Positions 63,399 to 64,000 of a stretch of DNA of 64,000 nt are shown here, piece after piece. The DNA comes from Leucoraja erinacea (Eukaryota). Within the stretch, counting starts at the first letter, position 1; every line of letters starts with the position of its first letter. The DNA lies in contig NC_073405.1 in NCBI RefSeq assembly GCF_028641065.1, positions 14,012,001 to 14,076,000 of the forward strand, written 5' to 3'. The notes below the pieces were generated by a model that searched no databases, was not told where the DNA came from, and saw only the letters and a list, made by a program, of their open reading frames with translations. Made by a program: the position numbers and the translations under genes.

Positions 63399-64000
63399 GA
63401 AAGGAGGGGAAAGAAGATTTACAAGGATGTTGCCAAGACTCGAGGAGCGGGACATTGTAAAGCAGGCCGTCCTCAATGCACAGATAAAGGATAAATCGTA
63501 TAACATTAGTGCAAGATATAACATTGAAGTCCGATTAAAGGTAGTTCAGAGGTCCCCAATGAGATAGGAGGTCAGGACTGCCCACTAGCTGATGAGAGGG
63601 CCGTTCGGTTGTCTGGGTGCCGTAGAGGAAACTTCACTGTGTGTCTGACTCCAGGAATATGTGATGGGGCAACAAGGGTGTGATGGGACAGTATACAGAC
63701 GTGGGTAAATTGTGTAAGTTACACAAACTGCCATCTCAATATCGTTTTTATCATTTTGGGTAAAATGTGGTTTCTGATTGAATATCAAGTGAAGCTTCCT
63801 CTGATGTGTTCAGCTCAGTGAGGGTGGACTGTGCAGAATTTTGGCCTGAAGAGTCAGCGGGAGGCTACCTGTAAGGGTCTCTGGTGTTGGGGAAGATACG
63901 TGAACCTCAGCTGAAGCTGCTCGTTGATCATCAGAGTTTGTCTCCACACCCGATGGACACAGAGGAGGGCTCAGTGTAAGAATATCACAAGGGGGGGGGG

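Overview
Vertebrate genomic DNA, almost certainly a cartilaginous fish (skate/ray-like, inferred from the repeat repertoire: HE1-type V-SINEs, abundant CR1 LINEs, Rex1/Babar, Penelope). Three spliced protein-coding genes can be reconstructed with consistent splice phases: TMEM221/Jiraiya (+, 3 exons, 27620-37467, about 289 aa), BORCS8 (-, 5 coding exons, 46200-40607, about 120 aa, exon 1 cut by an N gap) and MRPL34 (-, 2 exons, 59716-56912, 118 aa). Two further CpG-rich promoter-like regions have no recognisable coding exon in the window: about 25.6-26.1 kb, possibly driving a minus-strand gene such as MEF2B, and about 61-61.7 kb. The rest is mostly nested, decayed transposable elements. The most interesting signal is a Penelope-like retroelement (GIY-YIG endonuclease) whose 3' end carries a minimal hammerhead-ribozyme motif (CUGAAGA-a-GGGU-loop-RCCC-GAAAC-GUH). 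The same terminus recurs as many 100-230 bp non-autonomous insertions with clear target-site duplications, arranged as single units, fold-back palindromes and a tandem dimer. Repeat boundaries are approximate; exon and TSD coordinates were counted from the sequence.
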